Part shown: one piece after another, positions 39,175-48,020 of the stretch | Layout of the letters: each line of letters opens with the position of its first letter | How positions within the stretch are numbered: the first letter of the stretch is position 1 | Source: an archaeon | GTDB taxonomy: Archaea; Nanobdellota; Nanobdellia; Woesearchaeales; ARS49 | Assembly: GCA_020051845.1 (NCBI GenBank) | Contig: JAGVQG010000057.1 | Coordinates: 1-57,742 of the forward strand | Length of the DNA: 57,742 nucleotides | Direction: 5' to 3' | The notes under the pieces: generated by a model | What the model was told of the DNA's origin: nothing | Databases searched by the model: none | Seen by the model: only the letters and a program-made list of their open reading frames with translations | Made by a program: the position numbers and the translations under genes

Positions 39175-41261
39175 TTCTTTGTCTCAGGTTGCTTGACTTT
39201 CTGCACGGCATTCCATGCTTGGTTGTAGGATTCGGAATTCTCGAAGACGTATGGTTTGCCTCCGACGGTAATTGTTTTTGTGGTGGGGTTTCCGCTGACA
39301 TCTGCTGTCTTGGCGGCATCGATGATGCTTGTTATCCTCATGTTGAATTCAGTCGCGCTTATCAAATAAGGATTGGGAGTCGGCATCTCCTTTACATCCT
39401 TGTTCACTTCCACCTTCTTGTCGGCATCGGCAGGTGTTTTTGCGGGTGTCGCCGGAGTCGACGCCACTGTCGTCTCCCCTGGTTCCGCCACGAGCGTGTA
39501 CTTCTTCCCGTCCGATCCTGTGGCTGTGAATTCCGCGCCGATCGGTTGCGTCTTTGTCGTGGGTTTCTGTCCTTCTGCGCCTTTTGATTCTGCCTCGTCG
39601 ATTAGTCGCACAGGTCCTGTCTTGGCCGCGTTCGGGTTCTTTGGATCGTTGACGAGCGTGTATGTCTTGCCGTCATTGTTGACTGTGACAGTGCCTATCT
39701 GGCCGGTAGGTGCGTCTTTCGGAACATTGACGTTGACCGCGGATTTCTCCTTCTGTCCGAAGTCTTCTGTTGTTCTGAGCCGTGGATCGACTGTCGCGCT
39801 GACTGCCTTGGTCGGATCTAATGTTGTCTTGCCATCGCCGCCGTTGAGTTTGACGCTCACAGGGTTGCCGTCGACGTTCACGCCTCCGATGGCGCTGCCT
39901 GATATGCCGACAGTCCCTTTTTCTCCGAAGATGCCTCCGCCAGCTATCTTGATGTTCTTGTCAAGACCCAAATTGTTCGAAGCGACCTCTGTCTGCGCGA
40001 GTGTGACCAAGGCAGACATGGCTTTCGGGGATAGGTCGCTGCCAGAGAATTGCACTGCTGTCGGGCCCAGACCGCGTATCCTTCGCATCCCCTCGGTCAA
40101 GGGTCCGAGCGCGTCGCTTCCGTCTTTTGCGGGAGGATTGGTGAAGACTCCGATTTCAAAGCCTTTGGTGCCGGCTATGAGTAGGGCGGGGTGTTCATCG
40201 ACATCCACAAATATTTCTGACCCGTCTTGGGTTTGCAATTTGCCTTCTGCTCGGGTCACTGATGCGCGTGGGGCTCCTTTGGTATAATCGACTTTTAATG
40301 ATCCGGGTGTTTCGGAATTGGATTCAAGGAAGCTTTCTGAGAATTCGGAGTGGTAGAGTCCGAGGGCTAGATCTATGTCGTTGACTCTCCAACTCTTGCC
40401 TTCTATGCCTGCTAGCTGTCCCTTATCGTTGAAGTTGATCGCGGCATTCCCACCGCTCCAGATATCATATGATTCCTTCGTGTAGCCGTTGATTGAATGG
40501 ACTATGTTGGTGCTGCCTCCGATGACAGAGACGCTGTTGGGGGTGAAAGTGGTCGTGGCAGATTGAACACCTTTGCAGGTGAACCTGCCGGAGGGTGTAT
40601 CAACGGCGTATGCCGCCGTGGCGCCACGTATGGCCATTCCGTCCGCGGTGGCCAGGATAGTCGCGTCCTTCAGTCCCTTCTGCGAGATGTCGAGCGTCGT
40701 GGTCTTTCCGCCAGTTGGGCCTATGGTCATCTTGTTGCCGTTGAAGCCGACGTCGGCCGCTCCATCGACGCCGCAATTTGCGCCTGCGGTCGCCGCACAG
40801 TACTTGGATGCTATTATCTTGTCGTTCTTGTCAGCGACCGCCTTCTTCGGGTCTTTGCTGCTGAGATATTTGTTGAGGTATTCACCGGCCGCTTTTTTCG
40901 CGACAGGGTCTGTCTGGAAGTTGGCCTTTTGGTCATTCGCCATGTAATCCTTGAAGGCTTCCTTGCTCTTGTCACGGAAAGATGTGTAATCGCTATTGGA
41001 TGGTTTGCTTAGTTTCTTGAAATCGGCTGTCGTTGGACTTGCCAGCTTCTGGAAGTCTGCCGATGTAGGATTTGAGAGTTTTTGGTAGTCCGCCGATGTC
41101 GGGTTGGATAGTTTCTGGTAGTCGGCGGATGTGGGGGTTGATAACTTCTGGTAGTTTGCGGATGTTGGATTCTTCTCGAATTCCTTGCGCGGGTCTGCCG
41201 CGACGACTGCTGTCGACACTATGATTGTGACGATCATAAGTGCGACTAGGAGCTTTCTCAT
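39171..41261 (-). CDS. Secreted 696-aa protein with N-terminal 11-aa tandem repeats
   Basis: Signal peptide; PTSADYQKLSN repeats; Gly/Thr-rich beta region; ATGA-coupled to the pilin-like gene. Confidence 0.85.
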   Translation of the reverse strand: MRKLLVALMIVTIIVSTAVVAADPRKEFEKNPTSANYQKLSTPTSADYQKLSNPTSADYQKLSNPTSADFQKLASPTTADFKKLSKPSNSDYTSFRDKSKEAFKDYMANDQKANFQTDPVAKKAAGEYLNKYLSSKDPKKAVADKNDKIIASKYCAATAGANCGVDGAADVGFNGNKMTIGPTGGKTTTLDISQKGLKDATILATADGMAIRGATAAYAVDTPSGRFTCKGVQSATTTFTPNSVSVIGGSTNIVHSINGYTKESYDIWSGGNAAINFNDKGQLAGIEGKSWRVNDIDLALGLYHSEFSESFLESNSETPGSLKVDYTKGAPRASVTRAEGKLQTQDGSEIFVDVDEHPALLIAGTKGFEIGVFTNPPAKDGSDALGPLTEGMRRIRGLGPTAVQFSGSDLSPKAMSALVTLAQTEVASNNLGLDKNIKIAGGGIFGEKGTVGISGSAIGGVNVDGNPVSVKLNGGDGKTTLDPTKAVSATVDPRLRTTEDFGQKEKSAVNVNVPKDAPTGQIGTVTVNNDGKTYTLVNDPKNPNAAKTGPVRLIDEAESKGAEGQKPTTKTQPIGAEFTATGSDGKKYTLVAEPGETTVASTPATPAKTPADADKKVEVNKDVKEMPTPNPYLISATEFNMRITSIIDAAKTADVSGNPTTKTITVGGKPYVFENSESYNQAWNAVQKVKQPETKK
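40971..41168 (-). repeat. 33-nt coding tandem repeat, ~6 units
   Basis: PTSANYQKLST/PTSADYQKLSN/PTSADYQKLSN/PTSADFQKLAS/PTTADFKKLSK/PSNSDYTSFRD. Confidence 0.85.
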
Positions 41262-42274
41262 TCAGTGTCGACCTCGATTGTCGTGTATTCCTTGAGGCCT
41301 TGCTGATCAGTGACCTTCACCATCGCGGTGTTCTTGCCTGGTCTGAGGCCTTGCGTCGTGATCAGGCCGTTCTGGTCGATGGTCATGATTGAGGAGATTA
41401 TGCTGTATTGTATTCTCCCTCCTTCAGGATCATAGGCATTCACTTGGATGGTCGTGCTCTGGCCGAGTCCTAATTTGACCGGCGCGACCGGTTCTATGAC
41501 TGGCGGCAGGTTGACCTGTGGCTCTGCCATGCGCACAGCGAAGGCGAAGTCGTAGACAGGTGGCGTCATCTTCTGCGCTTCCGAGCGCATCAGCACTATC
41601 TTTTCGAGCCGTGAGACGTTGTAGATCGTGTTCGTGCTCGGCATACTTAGTTGCAGCGAGAGGTCGATTCCTGTCTTGTCTTCTGCGAGCTGGTCTGTTA
41701 TGCGTTGCGCGTCGGTCAAAGACGTTCCCAAATCAGCGTCTAGGTCGATCTGGAATTCGTCTATCGTCGCCTTGGTGTCGCCGTATGTCACGGTGACCGG
41801 CATGATGACCGTCGTGAGTATGTGTTCATCGGCTATGCGTACGTCTGCTCTTGCGGTCTTTGGCTCTGCGAAGCTGAATCCTGGCACGTCGAGTCTGGTG
41901 CAGGTCTTGGCGTCTGCGGCGATCCTCTCGCCCAGGCGTTTCTCTGCTTCTTGTCTTGTTATGATCTTCCCGTTCTCTGGTGTGTACCAGTATGGTACTG
42001 AGATGTTGTTGACATTGATGCTTTGTACGTCGATGTTGATGTAGCCGCCTTGGATCCCGATGAGTCTTGTGGCTGCTTCCAGGCGTTGGTGTATGCAGTC
42101 TTCGAGCGCCTGCTGCGCCGGCCTGAACTGTTCTGGCAATGAGAGTCGCGCAGGCGCCTGCATCTCGGGCTTGTTGCCGACATACAGTATGAGCGCCGCT
42201 GCTATCAGCATAACCGCGCCTAGCATTATGATTACTGAGAGTTGACCCCTTTTAGACAACCGCATGGGCTTCAT
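41258..42274 (-). CDS. Class III signal peptide (pilin-like) protein with cadherin/Ig-like domain, paralogue of 36988..37944
   Basis: SKRG|QLSVIIMLG; C....L..A...IG.QGGY; N.PP...DPEG..I.YS...VTD. Confidence 0.8.
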   Translation of the reverse strand: MKPMRLSKRGQLSVIIMLGAVMLIAAALILYVGNKPEMQAPARLSLPEQFRPAQQALEDCIHQRLEAATRLIGIQGGYINIDVQSINVNNISVPYWYTPENGKIITRQEAEKRLGERIAADAKTCTRLDVPGFSFAEPKTARADVRIADEHILTTVIMPVTVTYGDTKATIDEFQIDLDADLGTSLTDAQRITDQLAEDKTGIDLSLQLSMPSTNTIYNVSRLEKIVLMRSEAQKMTPPVYDFAFAVRMAEPQVNLPPVIEPVAPVKLGLGQSTTIQVNAYDPEGGRIQYSIISSIMTIDQNGLITTQGLRPGKNTAMVKVTDQQGLKEYTTIEVDTE

Positions 42275-42345
42275 GTTGTTGAGGCCCTTTTAATATGTAA
42301 CTGTGGGTGGTCTGACCAACCACCTGCTTATTGTAACTACCAACA

Positions 42346-42375
42346 AGTAGTGATAAATAGGAAGGTTTATAAAGG
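42346..42375 (+). promoter_or_regulatory. Extended BRE-TATA promoter, shared motif copy 3
   Basis: AGTAGTGATAAATAGGAAGGTTTATAAAGG. Confidence 0.65.
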
Positions 42376-42395
42376 GCAAATGAGTATGTGCCTTG

Positions 42396-43115
42396 ATGGC
42401 GCTATTCGATCCACAGCTCTACTTGAGGCGACTCCATGACCCGATGGCTCATTTCGGACGTGGTTCTGCGCTTGAGGAAGGGCTTGCAAAGGATACCGGA
42501 ATGCGTTTCTATGATAGTCATGCTTCTAAATGCAGAAAAATCGTTCTTTTGGGCGATTTGCACAACGTAGAGCCTGTCCAGAAATCTATCTTTGATTTCG
42601 TGAAAAATAACCACGTTGATGGTATGCAGTATCTTTGCGAGTCTGCGACCGGTGAGTATGATTTCACTCGTTCAGCGCGTGAACCTGACGATGAAAAAGG
42701 TCTCAAACCTATTGTGATGACAGATGGTAAGGGAGTTGTCGTGAACAAGGTCTACGTTCCTTCTTGCAACTATATCGTCGCTTTGCGTGATTTTTGGCAG
42801 TCGAAGAACTGCAAGGTCAGGGCGGTCCAGGATATGGGTTTGTGTTTCGAGGATATGAGGTGGGAGTATGTCGCGAGGAAGCGGTTGGCTGTCGGCGATC
42901 TTGCAGGCGCGGCTGACGCTGGCGAGAAGATGGCTGAAGCATTGATAGAACGCGACAAATATTTCGCGGACAACGTGGAGAGGATTGGATCCGATGGTAT
43001 GCTGATCGTCGGAACTATTCATGTTATGGGTGGCGCTTTGCAAGAATTCCTAAGACAGAAAGGCATCGGTTATGTCTCGTTCGTGCACGACAGGGAATAT
43101 CGGCCGTTTGTCTGA
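42396..43115 (+). CDS. ChaN/EreA/TIKI-like protein
   Basis: VLLGDLH, YLCE, ERD...A, IVG.IH..GG.L...L motifs. Confidence 0.65.
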   Translation: MALFDPQLYLRRLHDPMAHFGRGSALEEGLAKDTGMRFYDSHASKCRKIVLLGDLHNVEPVQKSIFDFVKNNHVDGMQYLCESATGEYDFTRSAREPDDEKGLKPIVMTDGKGVVVNKVYVPSCNYIVALRDFWQSKNCKVRAVQDMGLCFEDMRWEYVARKRLAVGDLAGAADAGEKMAEALIERDKYFADNVERIGSDGMLIVGTIHVMGGALQEFLRQKGIGYVSFVHDREYRPFV

Positions 43116-43124
43116 TTGTCGTCG

Positions 43125-43532
43125 TTAGTATTTCTCGGCATTCGCGGCTTCAACCAACAATTGATGCAACGCGTCCTTCAAATTTCCTGTGCAGGTATTG
43201 CTGCCGAAGATGTCGATGATGGAAGGGTCGAATTCTCCCTTTGCGTGGGTGCATTGCATTGACTTGTATTGTAATGCGTCTGTTATTTGGGTCGTTTCGG
43301 CTGTGCTGAAAGATCCAAATCGCACATTCACTACGCAGTCTTTTGAATCGAATATTATCACACTGCCTGTCTCGAGCGTTTGTGTCATCGTCGCTCTGTT
43401 GCATTCCTTTGCCAGGGCGATGAAGCATTCTTTGTCCTCTCCGCAATCCTGTGGCGTTATGATGACGGCCGCGGTTATCGCCATTGTCATGAACACTGCC
43501 AATACGGAGATCACTATCCAGATTGTGCGCAT
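43125..43532 (-). CDS. Membrane-anchored six-Cys protein
   Basis: TM then DCGEDKECF...C...C...MQC...CTGNLKDAL; same spacing as 19513..19908. Confidence 0.8.
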   Translation of the reverse strand: MRTIWIVISVLAVFMTMAITAAVIITPQDCGEDKECFIALAKECNRATMTQTLETGSVIIFDSKDCVVNVRFGSFSTAETTQITDALQYKSMQCTHAKGEFDPSIIDIFGSNTCTGNLKDALHQLLVEAANAEKY

Positions 43533-43581
43533 GGGTGTGTTTGTTTCATCTTTGTTTCTTATATTATCTTAGTAACTAACG

Positions 43582-43611
43582 AGTGGTAACAAATGGAAAG
43601 ATTTATAAAGG
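43582..43611 (+). promoter_or_regulatory. Extended BRE-TATA promoter, shared motif copy 4
   Basis: AGTGGTAACAAATGGAAAGATTTATAAAGG. Confidence 0.65.
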
Positions 43612-43640
43612 TGAGTGGGGTGTGGTTCACTGATTCCACT

Positions 43641-44480
43641 ATGGTAATGGGTAATATCGCAGTGTTCACTTCCGACCTGCACGGCAATGATGATCAGTAC
43701 CAGAAGCTGCTGCGCTATGCGTCCACCCAGGCCATTGATACGGTCATTCTTGGCGGTGACCTTCTTCCGAAGAACGGGCCTCCGAACGCTTATGTACAAA
43801 TGCAACGCGACTTCCTTGAACACCTTATTGATGAATTGAAGGAGTTCAAGCTGAAAAAACCAAAGACTGTTGTGTATCTTATGCCTGGAAATGATGATGC
43901 TGCGTCCCTTCAGGGTGATTGGGATAAGTATGATGGTGAACTTTACAATAACATCCATCGAAAACGATTCCCGCTTTCAGGCACTCCGTATGATATTATT
44001 GGTTACTCTTTCGTTCCACTCACGAAATATCTGCTCAAGGATTGGGAGATGCCTGATGTCGCGGGCGGATTCAACGAATCATCGCTTAAAGGGGTTAGGA
44101 GCGAGGGTTTGCGTCTTGTTTCTGCTGTTGTCAATCCGAAGATAACGATTGAGTCTGATCTGGACTCCAAATATATGTACTTCAATAGCCGCAAGACAAT
44201 CCATGTTTTCCACGCTCCTCCGGTCGACACCGATCTAGATGTGGCGAAGGATGGAAGCCACATCGGCAGCAAGGCGATAAGGGATTTTATCCACTCGCAC
44301 ACTCCGTATTTCTCTCTCCATGGGCACGTTCATGGCACTGTGGCGCGCTCAGGAAAGTTCATGACGCCAGTGTCTGATTCCTGTGCTATAGCTGCGGGTA
44401 ATGATGATTGCAGTGATAAGCTGGCGATCATCACCCTGGACTTGTATGATCCTGGGTTGATGAGAAGGAAAGTGTTCTGA
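43641..44480 (+). CDS. Calcineurin-like metallophosphoesterase
   Basis: SDLHG, GGD, PGNDD, H.PP, HGHVH motifs. Confidence 0.9.
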   Translation: MVMGNIAVFTSDLHGNDDQYQKLLRYASTQAIDTVILGGDLLPKNGPPNAYVQMQRDFLEHLIDELKEFKLKKPKTVVYLMPGNDDAASLQGDWDKYDGELYNNIHRKRFPLSGTPYDIIGYSFVPLTKYLLKDWEMPDVAGGFNESSLKGVRSEGLRLVSAVVNPKITIESDLDSKYMYFNSRKTIHVFHAPPVDTDLDVAKDGSHIGSKAIRDFIHSHTPYFSLHGHVHGTVARSGKFMTPVSDSCAIAAGNDDCSDKLAIITLDLYDPGLMRRKVF

Positions 44481-44486
44481 TTTTGT

Positions 44487-45728
44487 TCAATCATCCGTAT
44501 GCTGCTCTTTCATCCCTTCCAATCCATATGATGACAAATCCGGCGTCCCGAACACGCCGTCATATCCTGGTTTGAATGGTATCCTCTCATTCCTGTTCGC
44601 GAGTATTATCTCTGTCATTTTCTCGTCGACGATCTTCGCGAGAGCTTCTTTGTCCGCTTTCAGCAGCACATTGAACTCGTCCCCGAACGCCTTGATCAGA
44701 TTGAAGTGCGTCGCGAAGACTTTCTTCGTCGCCACAGCGCATCCTTCTCGCGCCGCGATCAATTCGGATAGTGGAATCAGGTGCTGGAACGGTTTCGCGT
44801 TCGGTGACTTTACTCCTTCCGCTCTTTCTGCGAGTTGTTCGACGCGGTGCATGACTCCGATCGTCAATTCCTTTCCGCATTTCGGGCAGATGTTGTGGAG
44901 TTTGAGCGCGTCGCTTGGTTTCAGGCACACGTCGCAGGCGCGGTGGCCGTCGTAGTGGTATTTTCCTTCTTCAGGGAAGAATTCCAAAGTGCTTGACAAT
45001 CCATCGCCGGTGCGAATCGCCGAGATGATATCTTTGTAAGTCATTTTCGTCTCGAAGAGCGTCGCTTCCCGTCCGAGCTTCCAAGGCCAGTGTGAATGCG
45101 CATCGGAGAATGACACTATCTGCAGTTTGTCCAACTGCTTGATTCGCCAGTTCATCGCAGGATCCGATGACAGTCCTGTCTCGATAGCATGCACGTGCTT
45201 CGACTGGTCGCCGAAGCATTCTGTGAAAGAGTCGAAGCCAGATGCAGAGCCGAACATCGAGAACCAGGGCGTCCAGATGTGCGCAGGTATTATCTCGATC
45301 TCGGTCGATATCGAGCGGAAATTCTCGACGGCTTCCTCGCATGTCATCTTGAAGATTGGTCTACCGTCGTAGTCTATGCGGCCGCGCTTGAGCAGCATCT
45401 CCTGTACTTGTCTGACGACGTCGATCGAAGGGAACAATCCGACAAGGTGCACGCGCCGTCCTTTGCCGCCTTGTGTGTAGACGAAAGCGATCTCTGTCTG
45501 GAGTATGAATGGAAAATCTGTTTTCGTGCGCCAGATTCCATCGCCATCGTCGTCATTGAGCGCTGCTTTGCACTCTTCGAACCATTTCGGGTGCTGCGCA
45601 TCACCTGTCCCGAGCACCGAAATCCCCTTGACGCGAGCCCACTTCTCCATGTTAGGGATTGTGAGTTGGTTGCTTGTCGCGCGTGCGTAATGCGAGTGCA
45701 CGTGCAGGTCGGCGATGATCGGTTGCAT
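44487..45728 (-). CDS. Endonuclease Q-family PHP-domain protein
   Basis: DLHVHS, GTGD, PAHIWTPW, ETGLSSD, SDAHS, GKYHYDGHR.C..C, CPKCG, PGYDGVFG. Confidence 0.9.
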   Translation of the reverse strand: MQPIIADLHVHSHYARATSNQLTIPNMEKWARVKGISVLGTGDAQHPKWFEECKAALNDDDGDGIWRTKTDFPFILQTEIAFVYTQGGKGRRVHLVGLFPSIDVVRQVQEMLLKRGRIDYDGRPIFKMTCEEAVENFRSISTEIEIIPAHIWTPWFSMFGSASGFDSFTECFGDQSKHVHAIETGLSSDPAMNWRIKQLDKLQIVSFSDAHSHWPWKLGREATLFETKMTYKDIISAIRTGDGLSSTLEFFPEEGKYHYDGHRACDVCLKPSDALKLHNICPKCGKELTIGVMHRVEQLAERAEGVKSPNAKPFQHLIPLSELIAAREGCAVATKKVFATHFNLIKAFGDEFNVLLKADKEALAKIVDEKMTEIILANRNERIPFKPGYDGVFGTPDLSSYGLEGMKEQHTDD

Positions 45729-45788
45729 TCTCTTCTGGGAATAAGCCCACTATAAAATTGTTGGCGCCTTTCAGACCGCAAACATTAA

Positions 45789-45820
45789 ATATGTGATGTC
45801 ACATATGTCACATAGGTGAC
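45789..45820. promoter_or_regulatory. Palindromic operator of the antitoxin-PIN operon
   Basis: ATATGTGA-tg-TCACATAT plus GTCAC-atag-GTGAC, between the TATA region and the ATG at 45824. Confidence 0.65.
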
Positions 45821-45823
45821 CAG

Positions 45824-46087
45824 ATGCCGAACATGACGCTTTCAATCCCTGAGGAAACACACAAGCTTCTGAAGAAGCACTCCGAGATCCGCTGGAGCGA
45901 GGTCGCAAGACGCGCCTTGATAGAAAAAGCGGAGAGTCTCGAAATAATGGATAAAATCGCGTCGAAGAGCAAATTGACTCCGGAAATCATACAGGAAATC
46001 GACAAGAAGCTAAAAGAAGGGATACATCGACGTTTGATGGATGATATTGGTCGTCGACGCGAACATAATTCTCGCAGCTCTTCTTAG
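45824..46087 (+). CDS. Ribbon-helix-helix antitoxin (VapB-like)
   Basis: MPNMTLSIPE......KH.EI.WSEVAR; upstream of the PIN gene. Confidence 0.8.
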   Translation: MPNMTLSIPEETHKLLKKHSEIRWSEVARRALIEKAESLEIMDKIASKSKLTPEIIQEIDKKLKEGIHRRLMDDIGRRREHNSRSSS

Positions 46088-46460
46088 GGATTCGACAGCG
46101 AGAGCATTGATCTGTTCTGGTTTGTTGAGGCTGTTATCTCCACACTATGTTCTGTCCGAAATCAAGAAGCACAAGCAGTATGTTATTGATGAGTCCGGAT
46201 TCAGCGAAGAGGGGTTTGAGTTGATTCTTAGTCGTTTGTTGGAGAATATCGTCTTGGTTCCTACGGTTGACTTTGAGCAGTATGTCGGTGTCGCGCTCTA
46301 TGAGATGAGAGACATCGATGAATTCGACACCGCATTCGTGGCCTGCACTTTGGCCACCGATGCGGACGGCATCTGGAGCGACGACAAACATCTGTCGCAG
46401 CAAACTTTGGTGAGGACGTTCACGACGAGAGAATTGGTGGCTTGCTTCATCCAAAAATAG
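46041..46460 (+). CDS. vapC: PIN-domain toxin (VapC-like)
   Basis: VVDANI, E, D..D..FVA, IWSDD motifs. Confidence 0.9.
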   Translation: MILVVDANIILAALLRDSTARALICSGLLRLLSPHYVLSEIKKHKQYVIDESGFSEEGFELILSRLLENIVLVPTVDFEQYVGVALYEMRDIDEFDTAFVACTLATDADGIWSDDKHLSQQTLVRTFTTRELVACFIQK

Positions 46461-46469
46461 TTCAAGGCT

Positions 46470-47282
46470 CTAGAACCTTGCCTGTCCGAAATTCCGCAGT
46501 TCGTGGATGAGCGGGTCCATTCCAGGCCGCTTCTTCGGGTTCTCGTGCAGGTTCAGCGTGACCGCTCCTTTCAATCCGCCGCGCACTTCGTCCTTGAGGA
46601 TCTCTTGGACTGAGTACGCGAGGGAATAAGCGTCTTCTGCCGGGCGCGATGTCAGTTGCAGTCGGTTTAGGCGCGCCCGCGTGCGTTCTGGTGATTCGTA
46701 GTCATCGGTGTAGAAGTTCGGGACTCTTTTGGTTCCTATCTCCTGTGCCGGTTCGAAATCGATGAGTTTGCCTTCGAGTCTTTCAGTGTCGCTGTTTTTC
46801 GCGACGATGATGTTGTGCGGCTTCACGTCGGTGTGGATCATGCCTGCATAGTGCAGGTCCTTGAGTCCTTGTGCCGCGTCTGCAAGGATGCTTGCGAGTA
46901 TTTGCGGTCCTAGTTCGCCTTTTGCCGCCGCATGGCTGAGGTCGCTGCCGTGGTATTCGGTCACGACACAAGGCAGCGGTCTGCCTTCGTACCATAATGG
47001 GATGTCGACCAGAGGCAGCACGTGTGTCGATGCTTGCTGCGCTTTTCTGTGCAGTTCTTGTTCTCGCTGTACAAGGTGCTTGCCTATATCGTCGAACGCG
47101 ACTTTGATGAAGATGTGCTTTTCTGTTTTCTCATTCCACCAGGTGGCTATGTAGTGCTTGTTGTGCCGGGTCTCGGTGTCCTTGTAACACCAGTAGAGAG
47201 GGATCTCGATGTTCTGCAGCCTGCCGATACGGCAGTGCTCGGTAGAAAGGTCTATCTCTTCGACGGGCGTGTTTGATTTCAT
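46470..47282 (-). CDS. Hanks-type Ser/Thr protein kinase
   Basis: FIK, E, HTDVKPHN, LIDFE, Y.SPE, D.YS.A, P..RP motifs. Confidence 0.85.
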   Translation of the reverse strand: MKSNTPVEEIDLSTEHCRIGRLQNIEIPLYWCYKDTETRHNKHYIATWWNEKTEKHIFIKVAFDDIGKHLVQREQELHRKAQQASTHVLPLVDIPLWYEGRPLPCVVTEYHGSDLSHAAAKGELGPQILASILADAAQGLKDLHYAGMIHTDVKPHNIIVAKNSDTERLEGKLIDFEPAQEIGTKRVPNFYTDDYESPERTRARLNRLQLTSRPAEDAYSLAYSVQEILKDEVRGGLKGAVTLNLHENPKKRPGMDPLIHELRNFGQARF

Positions 47283-47471
47283 CTTCACTCACTAGTGTTG
47301 CTACTCTAAAGTGACTATATAAAGCTTTCCGTTATTCGTATGTGTGCTTCTGAATCCTTTCCGCGCCGCTGGCCGTTTTATTAATTTATTGGAATTTTCA
47401 CGGTTTCACTAGGGGTCTTGCTTTGCCGCCCCCTGAAAAGCTTTATAAGTCCGGGCGTCTGGTGCCGTGTT

Positions 47472-48002
47472 ATGGAAAGAGGTAGCAAAGGATTTCTCGA
47501 GAAGTTGCTCGACCACGTCATATGGCGCGTCATCATAAGCGTTCTATACATAACTGGCCTTACTCTGCTTATCCCCTTCGTCTTCCTCTTTGTCTTCCCG
47601 CAGGAGTATGATATAGTGTCGCCGGCGACATCGCCTGTACTGATCTGGTCCGCGATGTTCATGATCCTTGTCAGCATCTTCGTGACAGTGATGTACAAGA
47701 AGTCTCTTGGAGCGGCGTTCAAGTCTTTGGGTCGCGTGACTTTCATCCCAGGATTCATCGGATTGATATTCTCGATTTTCGGGCGCGATGTCGTCCTGCT
47801 CTATCTCGCAGGGACGATCCCTGCTTTCCAGAAGGTGCAGTCATTGTTGACGCTCTATGTCGATGCTGCCGTTCCTCGCGTCAGGTACTTGACGCTTGGC
47901 TTCTTCGTTCTTGGAGTCGTGCTTTGGCTGATGGGCGACAAGCTCGAGACCGACGCGGCGATATCCAAGGCGCGTTACTCGTTCACGAAGTTCGGAAGAT
48001 GA
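47472..48002 (+). CDS. Membrane protein (~4 TM)
   Basis: Hydrophobic helices; TATA box near 47442. Confidence 0.75.
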   Translation: MERGSKGFLEKLLDHVIWRVIISVLYITGLTLLIPFVFLFVFPQEYDIVSPATSPVLIWSAMFMILVSIFVTVMYKKSLGAAFKSLGRVTFIPGFIGLIFSIFGRDVVLLYLAGTIPAFQKVQSLLTLYVDAAVPRVRYLTLGFFVLGVVLWLMGDKLETDAAISKARYSFTKFGR

Positions 48003-48020
48003 TAGTATTTTTTTAAATGT

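Noticed and set aside
39373-40287. 304-aa plus-strand ORF
   Set aside because: Antisense shadow of the 696-aa secreted protein
40971-41168. CRISPR-like periodicity
   Set aside because: Contiguous in-frame 33-nt coding repeats without spacers; no cas genes
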